Notes under the pieces: generated by a model
Databases searched by the model: none
The model's input: the letters and a program-made list of their open reading frames with translations, nothing else
Told to the model about the DNA's origin: nothing
In this document: piece by piece, positions 19,582 to 30,059 of the stretch
How the letters are laid out: every line of letters starts with the position of its first letter
How positions within the stretch are numbered: position 1 is the first letter of the stretch
From: Candidatus Hodarchaeota archaeon
GTDB lineage: Archaea > Asgardarchaeota > Lokiarchaeia > Sigyniarchaeales > SOKP01
NCBI GenBank assembly: GCA_048887225.1
Contig: JBHLJY010000004.1
Coordinates: 64,001 to 128,000 of the forward strand
Direction: 5' to 3'
DNA length: 64,000 bases
Translations under genes and position numbers: made by a program

Positions 19582-20807
19582 TGTCAAAAATCAACAAACC
19601 AGTTGTTTCATTGGCCCGTAATGAGAATATTGATTTAGCGGTTAAATTATGTCTTGATCAACTTAAAATCCCGAATATGACGGGAAAAACAGTTTTATTA
19701 AAACCCAATGTTGGAAGAGAGGAGGATCCCAAATTAGCGATTAATACTAATCCAGAAGTAGTTAGTGCGGTTTTTAATTACTTAAGAGAACAATATAAAG
19801 CACATTTTTTAATTGGCGATTCTCCTATTATAAATACTGATACTAAGAGAGCTTTTGAGCAATCCGGCTATTCTGAATTATTAAAACATAAGGATTTACA
19901 ATTTATTGATTTAGATGATCGACCACCAGTAGAGTTAGAAATTCTTGAAGGTAAAATTCTAAAAAAAATCAAAGTGACTGGTTATTGGCAGGATATTGAT
20001 GTAATTATAACCATTCCTTGCGTGAAAATGCATATGCACTGTGGAGCATCTTTAGGCTTTAAAAATCTCAAGGGCTTAATATATAAAAAAAAAAAAATTG
20101 AACTTCATCATTTCCGAGCACCAGAATTAATTAAGAAATTAAAAAAATCTATTGAAAAAGTTAAAGAATTAGATGTTGCTATTGCAGACCTTGCGCATGT
20201 AATCCGTGCTGACTTGGCTGTAATTGATGCTTCTTATGCTCAAGAAGGAATGGGACCTTCATCGGGAGATCCTGTAAAATTAGACACAATTATAGCATCT
20301 ACAGATTACCTTGCAGCAGACATTATAGCACTTGCAATAACTCAGCCAGAATGGACATTAGAAAATGTTCCTCATTTAAAACTCATATCAGAAATAATAC
20401 CAAATGCACCAAAAAGCCGTAAAGACATTATTACAAATCCAGAAAATATTCAAGAATTTGTTAGACCTTTAAAACCCCCTCCAACTTCAATAAACATTAA
20501 ATATAAAAATGTGAATTTAATAGACATCGATTCATGTTCTGCTTGTTTATCCACAATATTTAATTTATTGAAAAATAACAAAGATTTTATTGACAAACAT
20601 TTTACCCCCGAAAATCCATTAAATTTAGCAGTAGGAAAAGGAATAAAACAATCTGATATTTATGATGAGACTTTCTTAATTGGAAACTGCACATATGACC
20701 AACGAGAAAATGGTATTTTTATTAAAGGGTGTACCCCTGTTGAGTCAACAATTTTTGAAACTATAAAATATAACGTAAAAGAAAAAAAAAAAAAAAATTT
20801 TAAGTAA
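19581..20807 (+). CDS. DUF362-family Fe-S protein
   Basis: LLKPN, NTNPEVV, KMH..CGASLGFKNLKG and EGMGP motifs; C-terminal CSAC..GNC..GCTP. Confidence 0.8.
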   Translation: MSKINKPVVSLARNENIDLAVKLCLDQLKIPNMTGKTVLLKPNVGREEDPKLAINTNPEVVSAVFNYLREQYKAHFLIGDSPIINTDTKRAFEQSGYSELLKHKDLQFIDLDDRPPVELEILEGKILKKIKVTGYWQDIDVIITIPCVKMHMHCGASLGFKNLKGLIYKKKKIELHHFRAPELIKKLKKSIEKVKELDVAIADLAHVIRADLAVIDASYAQEGMGPSSGDPVKLDTIIASTDYLAADIIALAITQPEWTLENVPHLKLISEIIPNAPKSRKDIITNPENIQEFVRPLKPPPTSINIKYKNVNLIDIDSCSACLSTIFNLLKNNKDFIDKHFTPENPLNLAVGKGIKQSDIYDETFLIGNCTYDQRENGIFIKGCTPVESTIFETIKYNVKEKKKKNFK

Positions 20808-21339
20808 GTTTATTTATTATCGAAGTAGCGAAATTCTTAGCGTTCTCAAAATCTTGAACATCAGGATGTCCTTTAACCAAATTTAACCATCTCTCTTCAG
20901 CTATCTTTTGTTCTTCTGGAGTGAAGGTACTCCAAGCAGCACGCCTCTGTTCTTCTGCTTTTTCCACTAAATTTTCTCCGCAACAATCGAACGTTCCTAA
21001 TACTTCACAATTACTTTTTTCTATGATTTTATCGATTGAATTAAAACAATCTGGATAACATCCCCGTTCATAGTTTTCATGTGTATAAAAATATACAAAT
21101 TTGGGTGGGAGTTCGGGTGCTTTTTTAACAAAAGCTGTGAGCTTTCTTGAAACATTAAATGCAAAGAGACCAGACCCTATAAAAGCAACATCGTATGAAC
21201 CTAACAAACTTGGATCAGCACCTTTAATATCCAGGAGATCAACTTCATGTCCAGTTATTCCTTCTTTTATAGCTTTAGCTACTTTTTCAGTATTTCCAGT
21301 TGTAGAAAAATAAGCAACTAATATTTTCAAACTAATCAC
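20800..21339 (-). CDS. Flavodoxin-family protein
   Basis: YFSTTGNTEKVAKAI and GHPD motifs. Confidence 0.85.
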   Translation of the reverse strand: MISLKILVAYFSTTGNTEKVAKAIKEGITGHEVDLLDIKGADPSLLGSYDVAFIGSGLFAFNVSRKLTAFVKKAPELPPKFVYFYTHENYERGCYPDCFNSIDKIIEKSNCEVLGTFDCCGENLVEKAEEQRRAAWSTFTPEEQKIAEERWLNLVKGHPDVQDFENAKNFATSIINKLT

Positions 21340-21438
21340 TAAAGTTATCTAGTTTGGAATTAATTACATAGAAAGTATTAATATTTAAAAAAAAGATTAT
21401 GATTTTTTATAAACAGTGTTAAAAAAGATTAAAATGGT

Positions 21439-21804
21439 TTATATTTTACTTCCACAAGTAGGACAAAAGTTTTGGTATTGACTATCTAATTTACCTCCGC
21501 ACAATGGACAATATTTAACTATGTCAGATTCAATTGTTTTAACTTGGCTATATTGAGCTTGCTGCTGATACGGCAACTGGCTAATGACTTGTGAATCTTG
21601 GCTTAGTAACGCTGAAACTTCTGTACCACAATGAACGCATCTGTTTTCGGGTTTAGAATAATATATAATCAAATAAATGAAAAAACCAATTCCAAACGTA
21701 CAACAGAATAAAACAATAGCTAATAATGCATCAATCGGTTCTCTATGGAGTAAAACGTTTTGCTGACAATGCGAACAAAACCCCATTGGAGGAATACGTG
21801 TCAT
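21439..21804 (-). CDS. LITAF-like membrane-associated Zn-ribbon protein with C-terminal Zn ribbon
   Basis: CSHC-hydrophobic segment-CVHC, Q-rich linker, CPLCG..CPTCG. Confidence 0.7.
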   Translation of the reverse strand: MTRIPPMGFCSHCQQNVLLHREPIDALLAIVLFCCTFGIGFFIYLIIYYSKPENRCVHCGTEVSALLSQDSQVISQLPYQQQAQYSQVKTIESDIVKYCPLCGGKLDSQYQNFCPTCGSKI

Positions 21805-21910
21805 AATATAATACTCATTAATTCTTTACTTTTTCAAAATGAATTGAATTCTAAGATATTCAAAAACAATACTCTCTTATAATTTTTATACTTTTAAATA
21901 TTTAATTTAA

Positions 21911-22525
21911 ATGAAAATAATGAACCTAACTCAAAAAGCATTTTTCGTAGTTATTGATGGCGTAGATGGGTGTGGAAGTACCACTCATAGTCGTCTTCTT
22001 GCTGGATTTTTGGAGAGTAAAACACTCAAAGTCTACTTAACTCAAGAACCTTCCAAAAGCGAAATAGGATTGTTATTAAGAAAATTCTTGAAAAATAATA
22101 ATATTCCACCAACAACTGACGCTCTTTTGTTTGCAGCAGATAGAGATCTCCATTATAATAACGAAATCAAGAAAAAACTTGACGAGGAATATATTGTAAT
22201 ATCAGATCGTTATATTGAATCTTCCATTATATACCAATCATTACAATCTGATGAGATCTCTGTAAAATGGGTAAAAGAGATTAATAAATTCGTAGATAAA
22301 CCAGATTTAACTATTATTTTAGATATCGATCCTAGAGTCTCTTTAGCAAGAAAAACCGAAGAGAAATTAGAAAAATTTGAAGACACACCTTTTTTAAACA
22401 AAGTTAGGGATCTTTATCTAAGCAGAGCTAAAAAGTTAGGTTATTATATTGTTAACTCTGACGATATTATTGAACTTGTACAAGAAAAAATTCAAAAAAT
22501 CGTTATTGATAAATTAAAAGAATAA
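21911..22525 (+). CDS. tmk: Thymidylate kinase
   Basis: IDGVDGCGSTT, TQEP, LLFAADR, ISDRY and PDLTIILD motifs. Confidence 0.92.
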   Translation: MKIMNLTQKAFFVVIDGVDGCGSTTHSRLLAGFLESKTLKVYLTQEPSKSEIGLLLRKFLKNNNIPPTTDALLFAADRDLHYNNEIKKKLDEEYIVISDRYIESSIIYQSLQSDEISVKWVKEINKFVDKPDLTIILDIDPRVSLARKTEEKLEKFEDTPFLNKVRDLYLSRAKKLGYYIVNSDDIIELVQEKIQKIVIDKLKE

Positions 22526-22596
22526 GAAATAAATTTTTATTTTTATTTTAAATTTGCAGCGAAAATTACATCGTATTAATTGAAATTAGACCTAAA

Positions 22597-23880
22597 GTGA
22601 AAGAGGACAACTCATTTAAAAATCAATTGTTTAGAAAAGATAGAGTTTTCAATTATGTTCAAAAATTTAGCTTTCCTCGACTCACTGGAACTGATGGAGA
22701 AAAAGAAGCTGTTGAACTGACTGTACAGACCTTTAAAGAAATAGGATTTAAGGATAATGAAATTCAAAGAGAACCGTTTGAATTATCAGATTTTTACTCT
22801 ACGACCTTAGTTAAATTAATTGCGATAATTAGTTTAAATTCTTTATTAATTTTTGTATTGGCAATATACCTTTACCCAATCTTTACATTTTTTATAATTG
22901 GGTTAATGTCTTTAATTGTTTTTCTAATTGTTAAAGGTTTAAAATATCCGGAAAAGAAAAGATTTTGGAGCGAATATTTTGGAAATACAGTTCAGGCCAC
23001 TAATGTTTTTTTAACAATTCCAGCGAAATTATTGCCAATAGAGGAAGCTGGAAATATTATAATTTCTGCTCATTTGGATTCAAAATCTCAAACATTTAAA
23101 ACTGTGTGGAGGATATTATCGTATAGAATTTGGTTATTTTGCGGTATTATTCTTGGTGGTTTTTACATTGCATTTCTTCTTTATACTTACAATATCGTAG
23201 AACTTAATTATCAAATTGTACAAATTGGCATTTGGACATTAACGGTTTTAATTTCTTTCTCGAATTTAATATTAATATTTCTAAACACTCATAACAAATC
23301 GCCAGGTGCTTTAGACAATGCTTCTGGCATGTCTATTGTATTTGAGTTGAGTAGATATTTTAAAGATCATAAATTAGATAATTTCAATATATGGTTTTGT
23401 CAATTTTCTGGAGAAGAATTAGGAACTATGGGCTCAAGAATTTTTGTAAATAATCGCGAAGACCAATTCGTTAAAGGTAAGGTTTTTCAATTAAATTTTG
23501 ATATGGTTTCTTCAGCTAAACGTAAAAAAAGAAATAGGGTTGAATATTTAAAATCGTATGGATTAATACCCCGTAAAAAAGTCGCCCCAATCCTTAGCAA
23601 GTATCTGGATAAAGCAGCATCGGAGGAAAATGTAAAAATTTGTGGTTTTCATATAACAACAGGAGCACATTTAGATTCTGTTGCATTTCATTTAAGAGGG
23701 TATAGTGCTCTTGATATTACGACTAGAGATGCTGCGTTTTATACCCATAATAAGGGGGATACTCCAGATAAAGTTGATCCTCGTGTTTTGGTAGAAGCAT
23801 GCATAATTGCTCGAAGAGTAATTTTAATGCTTGACAAAGATTATAAGATATTATGTGAAAATCGCGAAAGAGCATGCTAA
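22597..23880 (+). CDS. Membrane-bound M28-family peptidase
   Basis: SAHLDSK, GALDNASG and GEELG motifs; internal TM hairpins. Confidence 0.82.
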   Translation: MKEDNSFKNQLFRKDRVFNYVQKFSFPRLTGTDGEKEAVELTVQTFKEIGFKDNEIQREPFELSDFYSTTLVKLIAIISLNSLLIFVLAIYLYPIFTFFIIGLMSLIVFLIVKGLKYPEKKRFWSEYFGNTVQATNVFLTIPAKLLPIEEAGNIIISAHLDSKSQTFKTVWRILSYRIWLFCGIILGGFYIAFLLYTYNIVELNYQIVQIGIWTLTVLISFSNLILIFLNTHNKSPGALDNASGMSIVFELSRYFKDHKLDNFNIWFCQFSGEELGTMGSRIFVNNREDQFVKGKVFQLNFDMVSSAKRKKRNRVEYLKSYGLIPRKKVAPILSKYLDKAASEENVKICGFHITTGAHLDSVAFHLRGYSALDITTRDAAFYTHNKGDTPDKVDPRVLVEACIIARRVILMLDKDYKILCENRERAC

Positions 23881-25148
23881 AAAGAATGAAAAAGACAATA
23901 GCAGAAAAGATTTTGTTGGAACATTCGGATTTAAAAGAAATATCGCCCGGACAGTATATAGAGTGTGATATTGATTTAATAATGGTCCACGAGCAATTAG
24001 GTGGAAGAATTCATAAAGAATATGAAAAACTTGGAATTGATTATGTTTGGGATCCAAATAAAATCTTCTTTATACTGGATCATTGGGTTCCGGCCCCTAC
24101 GATATCCGCAGCTCAAATGCATCAAGATTGTAGAACCTTTGCCGAAAAGTATAATTTTATACATAATATGGGAATGGACAAGGGAATATGCCACCAAGTA
24201 TTACCAGAGATGGGATTTTCACGACCAGGAATGCTAATTGTTGGTTCTGATAGCCATACAACTACTTATGGGGCGTTTAATTGTTTATCTACAGGTATCG
24301 GAGCTACTGATGTTTCAGTTGTTTTTGCTACTGGTAATCTATGGTTTAAAGTCCCAGAATCATTTAAGATCAAATTATCTGGGGAATTACAAAGAGGAGT
24401 AATGTCGAAGGATTTTATCCTAACTTTAATTGGAGACATTTCTACTAAAGGTGCTATTTATAAATCACTGGAATTTCATGGAGAAGGGATGAAATCATTA
24501 TCAATTGATGGAAGAATGACAATTTCTAACATGATAGTAGAAGCTGGGGCAAAATTCGGTGTTTTTTTACCAGACAAAAAACTAGAAAAATGGCTAAAAA
24601 ACAGAACTAATGAACCATATAAATTTGTAACTCCTGATGATGGTGCAGTTTATGAAAAAACTATCGAGTATAACTTGTCAGAAATAACTCCTGCTGTGGC
24701 AAAACCGTCTAGTCCCGGTAATTTAGCTAAAATTGAAGAAGTAGAAGGAATCGAAATCGATCAGGCGTTCATTGGAAGCTGTACAAACGGTCGAATGGAA
24801 GATTTAAGAATTGCGGCAAAAATCCTAAAAGGTAAAAAAATTCATCCAAGAACAAGGTTAATCATAATTCCTGCCTCTAAGGAAATTTTTAAAAAAGCAT
24901 TAAAAGAAGAATTAATTGAAATTTTTATTGAAGCTGGTGCTGTAGTTGGAAATTCAACATGTGGTCCTTGCATAGGAGGACAGCTTGGCGTATTAGGAGC
25001 AGATGAAATTTGTATTAGTTCTACTAATAGAAATTTTATGGGAAGGATGGGAGATCCAAGCTCTGAAGTTTATCTCGCTTCTCCTGCGACAATTGCGGCT
25101 TCAGCTTTAAGAGGAAAAATTACCGATCCAAGGGAGGAGAGCTTTTAA
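23874..25148 (+). CDS. leuC: 3-isopropylmalate dehydratase / homoaconitase large subunit
   Basis: GICHQ, GSDSHTTTYGA, IGSCTNGR, CGPCIG and STNRNFMGRMG motifs; LeuC versus HacA substrate not resolvable. Confidence 0.88.
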   Translation: MLKRMKKTIAEKILLEHSDLKEISPGQYIECDIDLIMVHEQLGGRIHKEYEKLGIDYVWDPNKIFFILDHWVPAPTISAAQMHQDCRTFAEKYNFIHNMGMDKGICHQVLPEMGFSRPGMLIVGSDSHTTTYGAFNCLSTGIGATDVSVVFATGNLWFKVPESFKIKLSGELQRGVMSKDFILTLIGDISTKGAIYKSLEFHGEGMKSLSIDGRMTISNMIVEAGAKFGVFLPDKKLEKWLKNRTNEPYKFVTPDDGAVYEKTIEYNLSEITPAVAKPSSPGNLAKIEEVEGIEIDQAFIGSCTNGRMEDLRIAAKILKGKKIHPRTRLIIIPASKEIFKKALKEELIEIFIEAGAVVGNSTCGPCIGGQLGVLGADEICISSTNRNFMGRMGDPSSEVYLASPATIAASALRGKITDPREESF

Positions 25149-25649
25149 TTGATGGAAAAAATCGAAGGTTTTGCTTATCTTTTAGGAGATGATATTAATA
25201 CTGACGATATTGTACCTAGTCATACTTTAACTATGAGGAACCCTAATGAAATGGCAAGATGTACCCTTGAATTTATCGATCCTAGTTTTACTAAAAATGT
25301 TGATAAGGAAAATATTATAATTGCTGGTGAAAATTTCGGTACAGGAAGTTCACGTGAAGAAGCCGTTAATGTATTTAAAATTCTCGGAATTAAAGCAATT
25401 ATAGCAAAATCTTTTGCGAGAATTTATTTTAGGAATTTAATAAATGTAGGTATACCCGGAATAACTTTAAATTGGGATGAAAATTTATTTTCTAAAGGTG
25501 ATAATTTGGAAATTTCTCTCGAAAAAGGTATTATTTTCAATATAACTAAAAACATTAAAATTAAATTCACAAAACTGCCTGAATTTTTAACATTAATTTT
25601 AAATGAAGGTGGTATAATCAACCAGTTAAAGAAAATTCTCTCAAAATAA
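25149..25649 (+). CDS. leuD: 3-isopropylmalate dehydratase / homoaconitase small subunit
   Basis: DINTDDI, NFGTGSSRE and SFARIYFRN motifs. Confidence 0.88.
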   Translation: MMEKIEGFAYLLGDDINTDDIVPSHTLTMRNPNEMARCTLEFIDPSFTKNVDKENIIIAGENFGTGSSREEAVNVFKILGIKAIIAKSFARIYFRNLINVGIPGITLNWDENLFSKGDNLEISLEKGIIFNITKNIKIKFTKLPEFLTLILNEGGIINQLKKILSK

Positions 25650-25654
25650 GATCT

Positions 25655-26203
25655 TTAAAATAAATCTTGTATTTCTTTCTGAATTTTTTCAATTCTTTTT
25701 TTAGATTTCAATAAAATTTTACTCTTGCCGTATTTTGTAAACCAGGTCTGAAATCTCTCTTCAATTGTAACTTCTCTTCTTCCCGCCATGTGTTTATCTG
25801 CTAAACATACGATTTTTTCTTCTAACGTCTCTGGCAAATAACTAGAATCTTTGATTTTTAGGTTTAATTCAATAATATCTTCTTTATCTAAACCTCCTAA
25901 AATATGGGTTTCACATATCCTTGCAATTTTCTCTGGAAAACCTTTATCTCGCAATATTTTACCCCCTATTAAGGCATGATTAAAACCATGTGTTTTAGAT
26001 CTTCCAATGTCGTGTAAAAGGGCACCAATTTCTACCAACTCTTTATCAACCTTATATTTTCTTATTTTACTAACAATTTCTAAAGCTTTTTCAGCAACGT
26101 TCATTGAATGACGCCGAACTGAATATGGAACTTTTAATCTTTTCAATAATTCTAATACAAAATCCCGATTGGGTAAAACGGAAGCTTGCTCTTCTTTTAC
26201 CAT
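25655..26203 (-). CDS. HD-domain (HDIG) protein, archaeal TIGR00295-like
   Basis: LLHDIGRS, HALIG, HILGG and EEKIVCLADK motifs. Confidence 0.85.
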   Translation of the reverse strand: MVKEEQASVLPNRDFVLELLKRLKVPYSVRRHSMNVAEKALEIVSKIRKYKVDKELVEIGALLHDIGRSKTHGFNHALIGGKILRDKGFPEKIARICETHILGGLDKEDIIELNLKIKDSSYLPETLEEKIVCLADKHMAGRREVTIEERFQTWFTKYGKSKILLKSKKRIEKIQKEIQDLF

Positions 26204-26396
26204 TATAATTTATATATTAATACTTAAGTTTAAGTTTTAGTTTTTTAAAGAGATGATTAAAAATTTAAATAAACAAGCCTGCTATTGACGAGATTTTAAC
26301 CTAAGCAAAAAATTTTTAATTTATTCACGTTTTTTAAAACTAAATAAGTAGAAAAAGAACAAGCTCAATAAAAAAATAAAAAATAAGGCGGCTTAC

Positions 26397-27197
26397 TTGG
26401 CTAAAAAGAAAAAAGAACCGCAAGAAGAGAAAGAAGGAAATGATGATACACTCGATTTAGACTTTGAGGAAGATTTTGAAGAGGATCTCGACCTTGAAGA
26501 AGAACTAGATTTACTTGACACCGAGAATTTAGAAGCAGAGTTAGAAAAAGAGGAAAAATTAATTGACAAAGATGAGGCTCAGAAACAACTATATTTATCT
26601 TGTGGAATACACATCGGTACTAAGTTATTATCTGGCGATGCCCGAAGATTTATCTACAGGCAGACTAATTATGGATTATACGTCATCGATTTAACTCAAA
26701 CTGACGAACGTTTAAACATTGCAGCAAAATTTTTAAGCAAATATGTTGAGGAAGGAAGCGATAGAGTTATTGTCAGTTCCGTTCGACGATATGGTAAGGA
26801 ACCCGTTCAGAAATTTTGCGAGGTGCTTGGATGCAGAGCTATTATTAATCGTTTTATTCCTGGAAGCTTGACAAATCCAATTATCGAAACTTACATTAAG
26901 GATGCCTCAGTAGTCGTCATTGTTGACCCGCATGCCGATAAAGTGGTTTTACGAGAAGCTCAATTAGCTAGAATACCGGTGATTTCTATATTTGACACTG
27001 ATGATACTCTTACTGGCATTGATCTTGCTATTCCAGCTAATAATCGAGGTAAAAAAGCACTTGGTTTAACATTTTGGCTGCTAGCTAGACAAATCATGCT
27101 TGAATTAGGAAAAATCTCGAGTGAGGACGAATTTCCTTATACTCTAGAAGAATTTACGAGCAAGATAACACCAGTTTATCGTCCACAACAAACATAA
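26397..27197 (+). CDS. rps2: 30S ribosomal protein S2 (uS2) with acidic N-terminal extension
   Basis: GIHIGTK, RFIPGSLTNP, DTD and IPANNRGKKAL motifs. Confidence 0.95.
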   Translation: MAKKKKEPQEEKEGNDDTLDLDFEEDFEEDLDLEEELDLLDTENLEAELEKEEKLIDKDEAQKQLYLSCGIHIGTKLLSGDARRFIYRQTNYGLYVIDLTQTDERLNIAAKFLSKYVEEGSDRVIVSSVRRYGKEPVQKFCEVLGCRAIINRFIPGSLTNPIIETYIKDASVVVIVDPHADKVVLREAQLARIPVISIFDTDDTLTGIDLAIPANNRGKKALGLTFWLLARQIMLELGKISSEDEFPYTLEEFTSKITPVYRPQQT

Positions 27198-27324
27198 ATT
27201 ATTAATTATTGAATTCTCTATAAAAATAGATTTTAGTTCCTTACCATAATTCATATATATCTTTTAAAATATGGATATTTTAATTCAATTTGCATTAATT
27301 ATACAAATTTGATGTGATATAACG

Positions 27325-28101
27325 ATAAAAAAAATTATTGCTTTTTCTGGTAAAGGAGGCGTTGGGAAAACTACTGCTTTAGTTTTGTTTTTAAAATATA
27401 TTCTCGAGACCAAAAATAAACCAGATGTTTTAGTTATAGATTCCGATCCAGATGCTAATATTGCTGATGTGATTGGTGAAGAAGTAAGATTTTGCGACAC
27501 TATTGGCGGAAAGATGAAGGTCTTAAAGGATAAAATTCAAAAACAAAAGTTACCCCCCGATATGCCAAAAAATCAAGTAATAGAATCAGATGTTTTTGAG
27601 TGTCTTATTGAAATGGATGCGTTCGATCTTTTAGAGATGGGTAGACAAGAAGGAGAGGGCTGTTATTGTTTCATTAATTCTGTCCTAAAGAATGTTATAG
27701 ACACTTTATCTAAAAATTACGACTTTACCCTCTTAGATTCACCAGCTGGTTTGGAGCATTTTGCTCGAAAAACGGGTAGAAACGTTACCGATCTCGTCAT
27801 AGTAACAGACCCGAGTAAGATGGGTATTCACACGATGAAACGCATACTTGAAATAACTAATGAATTAGATTTGAAATTTGAAAATGTCTGGGTTCTTGGG
27901 AATCGTTTCCCCGAAAATCTTAGAGATGTTTTAGAAAATGAAGTAGAAAAGTTAAAAGACGGTAACATTCATTTGTTAGGATTCATTTCAAATGATGACG
28001 AGATTAGTAGAATTAACCTAACAGGAGGAAATTTATTAGAAATTCCTAAAGAAAATCCCTCTTATAAACAAGCTAAAGAAATATTCGGAAAAATTGTCTA
28101 A
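27325..28101 (+). CDS. cooC: CooC/AcsF-like nickel-insertion ATPase (MinD/ParA family); start extended to a putative ATA
   Basis: In-frame upstream IKKIIAFSGKGGVGKTT Walker A; IDSDPDAN, EGEGCYC and AGLEHFAR motifs. Confidence 0.85.
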   Translation: MKKIIAFSGKGGVGKTTALVLFLKYILETKNKPDVLVIDSDPDANIADVIGEEVRFCDTIGGKMKVLKDKIQKQKLPPDMPKNQVIESDVFECLIEMDAFDLLEMGRQEGEGCYCFINSVLKNVIDTLSKNYDFTLLDSPAGLEHFARKTGRNVTDLVIVTDPSKMGIHTMKRILEITNELDLKFENVWVLGNRFPENLRDVLENEVEKLKDGNIHLLGFISNDDEISRINLTGGNLLEIPKENPSYKQAKEIFGKIV

Positions 28102-28205
28102 ATTGTTATCTATTTTTATTAAAATTAAAACTATTTTAGACTAGTAGGATTATAGTTATTTATTCATTATCAGTATTTAAAATATAAAAAAATTATAGAT
28201 CTAAA

Positions 28206-30029
28206 ATGGTTAAATACACTGGAAGTGAAATTATTTCCAAATATTTAATTAAGGAAGGAGTAAAATACGTTATTGGCATCCCTGGGCATGGATGTCTTGC
28301 TCTAGTAGATGCTTTCTATAAAGATAGGGATAACCTTACTCTTATTCAACCTAAGCAAGAAATGGCGGGTATACATCTCGCAGTTGGATATTATAGAATA
28401 ACAGGTAAACCCTTAGTAGTTTTCACATCCATAGGACCAGGTGCTATCAATACCGCCATAGGTTTGGCCGATGCATATGTGGATTCGATGCCCGTTTTGT
28501 GTATTACTGGGGATACTCACGTACATATGCGAGGTAAAGGTGTTTTACAAGAAATTGAACGATCAAGAGATTCGGATTTGCCAAGAATTTTAGAACCTAT
28601 AGTCAAACGAAGCTGGCAGGTGAGTGATGTAAAGCAGCTACCAACTATAATGCAACGATCATTTAATCAAATGCTACAAGGCCGTCGAGGACCTGTGCAT
28701 ATTGACCTACCAATGGACGTTCAGGCAGAGGCAATTGATATAAAAATCCCTGAACCTTTAGAAAGAAGAGCTGCAGGCAGGATCTTAGGAGATCCTAAAC
28801 AAATTAAAGAAGCAGTAAAATTATTAAAAGATGCAAAAAGACCGGTATTATTTTTAGGTGGAGGCGTGGTAGCATCTGAAGCATTTTCAGAAATTAAAGA
28901 ATTAGCAGTAAAGATCGGGGCTGCTGTTGTGGTTACAATGATGGCAAAAGATGCTTTCCCAAATGATCATCCCTTATTTTGTTGGTCTGCTGGTAGCAAA
29001 GGAACTACAATTGGATTAAAAATGACATCAACTGCTGATGTAATTTTGGCAGTTGGGTGTCGTTTTGCTGATGAAACCGCAAGTTCATATAAAGATGGTG
29101 TGAGCTTTTCAATCCCTCCCACGAAACTTATACAAATTGATATTGATCCTCATGAAATCGGTAAAAATTACCCAGTTGCAGTAGGAATAATAGGTGACGC
29201 TAAAGCGTGTTTGAAACAAATAAATGAAACTTTAAACGCCGAATATTTTTTAAAAAATTATGAGAGTACAGATTTTTTTAAGGAAATGCAAGAAGAAAAC
29301 AAAAAATGGTTTGAATTTATTGATAAACATCGGGACGATTCGAAAGTTCCTGTCATGATTTCCACTGTGCTTAAAGAAGTGAGAAAGTTTTTCGATAGGG
29401 AAGCTGTAATCGTCACAAGTTCTGGAAACGTTCAAGCTCAAATGCTTCAAGAATTAGAATTTTACGAACCTAAAACTTGTATAACTGCTGGTGGTTTCTC
29501 TACTATGGGCTATAGTGTACCTGCTGCAATAGGGGCCAAATTGGGTTCAATTGATATTGGTAAACTTAATCGCCAAGTAGTTGCTCTTGTTGGTGATGGC
29601 GATTTCATGATGACTCTTTCTGAGCTCTCAGTTGCGGTTCAATTAGGTTTGGATAATATTTTCTTTATTGTAATAAATAACCATGGTTGGATTGCGATTA
29701 AAGACCTTCAGCAAGCCGCTTTTGGAGAAATTCGAGGTTATGGAACGGCTTTTAAAGATAAAGATGGAAATACTTATTCACCTGATTTTGCAAAAATAGG
29801 GGAAGCCTTTGGTTGTTATGCCGAGAAAATTTCAAAAAAAGAAGAGATTATACCTGCCTTGGAAAGAGCAGCTAAATCCCGTCAACCTGCTGTTATAGAA
29901 ATCTTAGTGAATCGTGAGTTTCCCTATACTGGAAGCCCAGCCATGGGTTGGTGGGATGTTCCAATTCCAGAATATTTAACGGAACGCCGAAAAAAATACG
30001 AAGAAGAAATAAAGGGAGAAAAATTATAA
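28206..30029 (+). CDS. Thiamine-diphosphate-dependent enzyme (acetolactate synthase / IolD-like)
   Basis: GIPGHG, SIGPG, GGFSTMGY and GDGDF...NN ThDP motif. Confidence 0.85.
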   Translation: MVKYTGSEIISKYLIKEGVKYVIGIPGHGCLALVDAFYKDRDNLTLIQPKQEMAGIHLAVGYYRITGKPLVVFTSIGPGAINTAIGLADAYVDSMPVLCITGDTHVHMRGKGVLQEIERSRDSDLPRILEPIVKRSWQVSDVKQLPTIMQRSFNQMLQGRRGPVHIDLPMDVQAEAIDIKIPEPLERRAAGRILGDPKQIKEAVKLLKDAKRPVLFLGGGVVASEAFSEIKELAVKIGAAVVVTMMAKDAFPNDHPLFCWSAGSKGTTIGLKMTSTADVILAVGCRFADETASSYKDGVSFSIPPTKLIQIDIDPHEIGKNYPVAVGIIGDAKACLKQINETLNAEYFLKNYESTDFFKEMQEENKKWFEFIDKHRDDSKVPVMISTVLKEVRKFFDREAVIVTSSGNVQAQMLQELEFYEPKTCITAGGFSTMGYSVPAAIGAKLGSIDIGKLNRQVVALVGDGDFMMTLSELSVAVQLGLDNIFFIVINNHGWIAIKDLQQAAFGEIRGYGTAFKDKDGNTYSPDFAKIGEAFGCYAEKISKKEEIIPALERAAKSRQPAVIEILVNREFPYTGSPAMGWWDVPIPEYLTERRKKYEEEIKGEKL

Positions 30030-30059
30030 TATATTAATCCTCTTCCAAAAATGATATTA

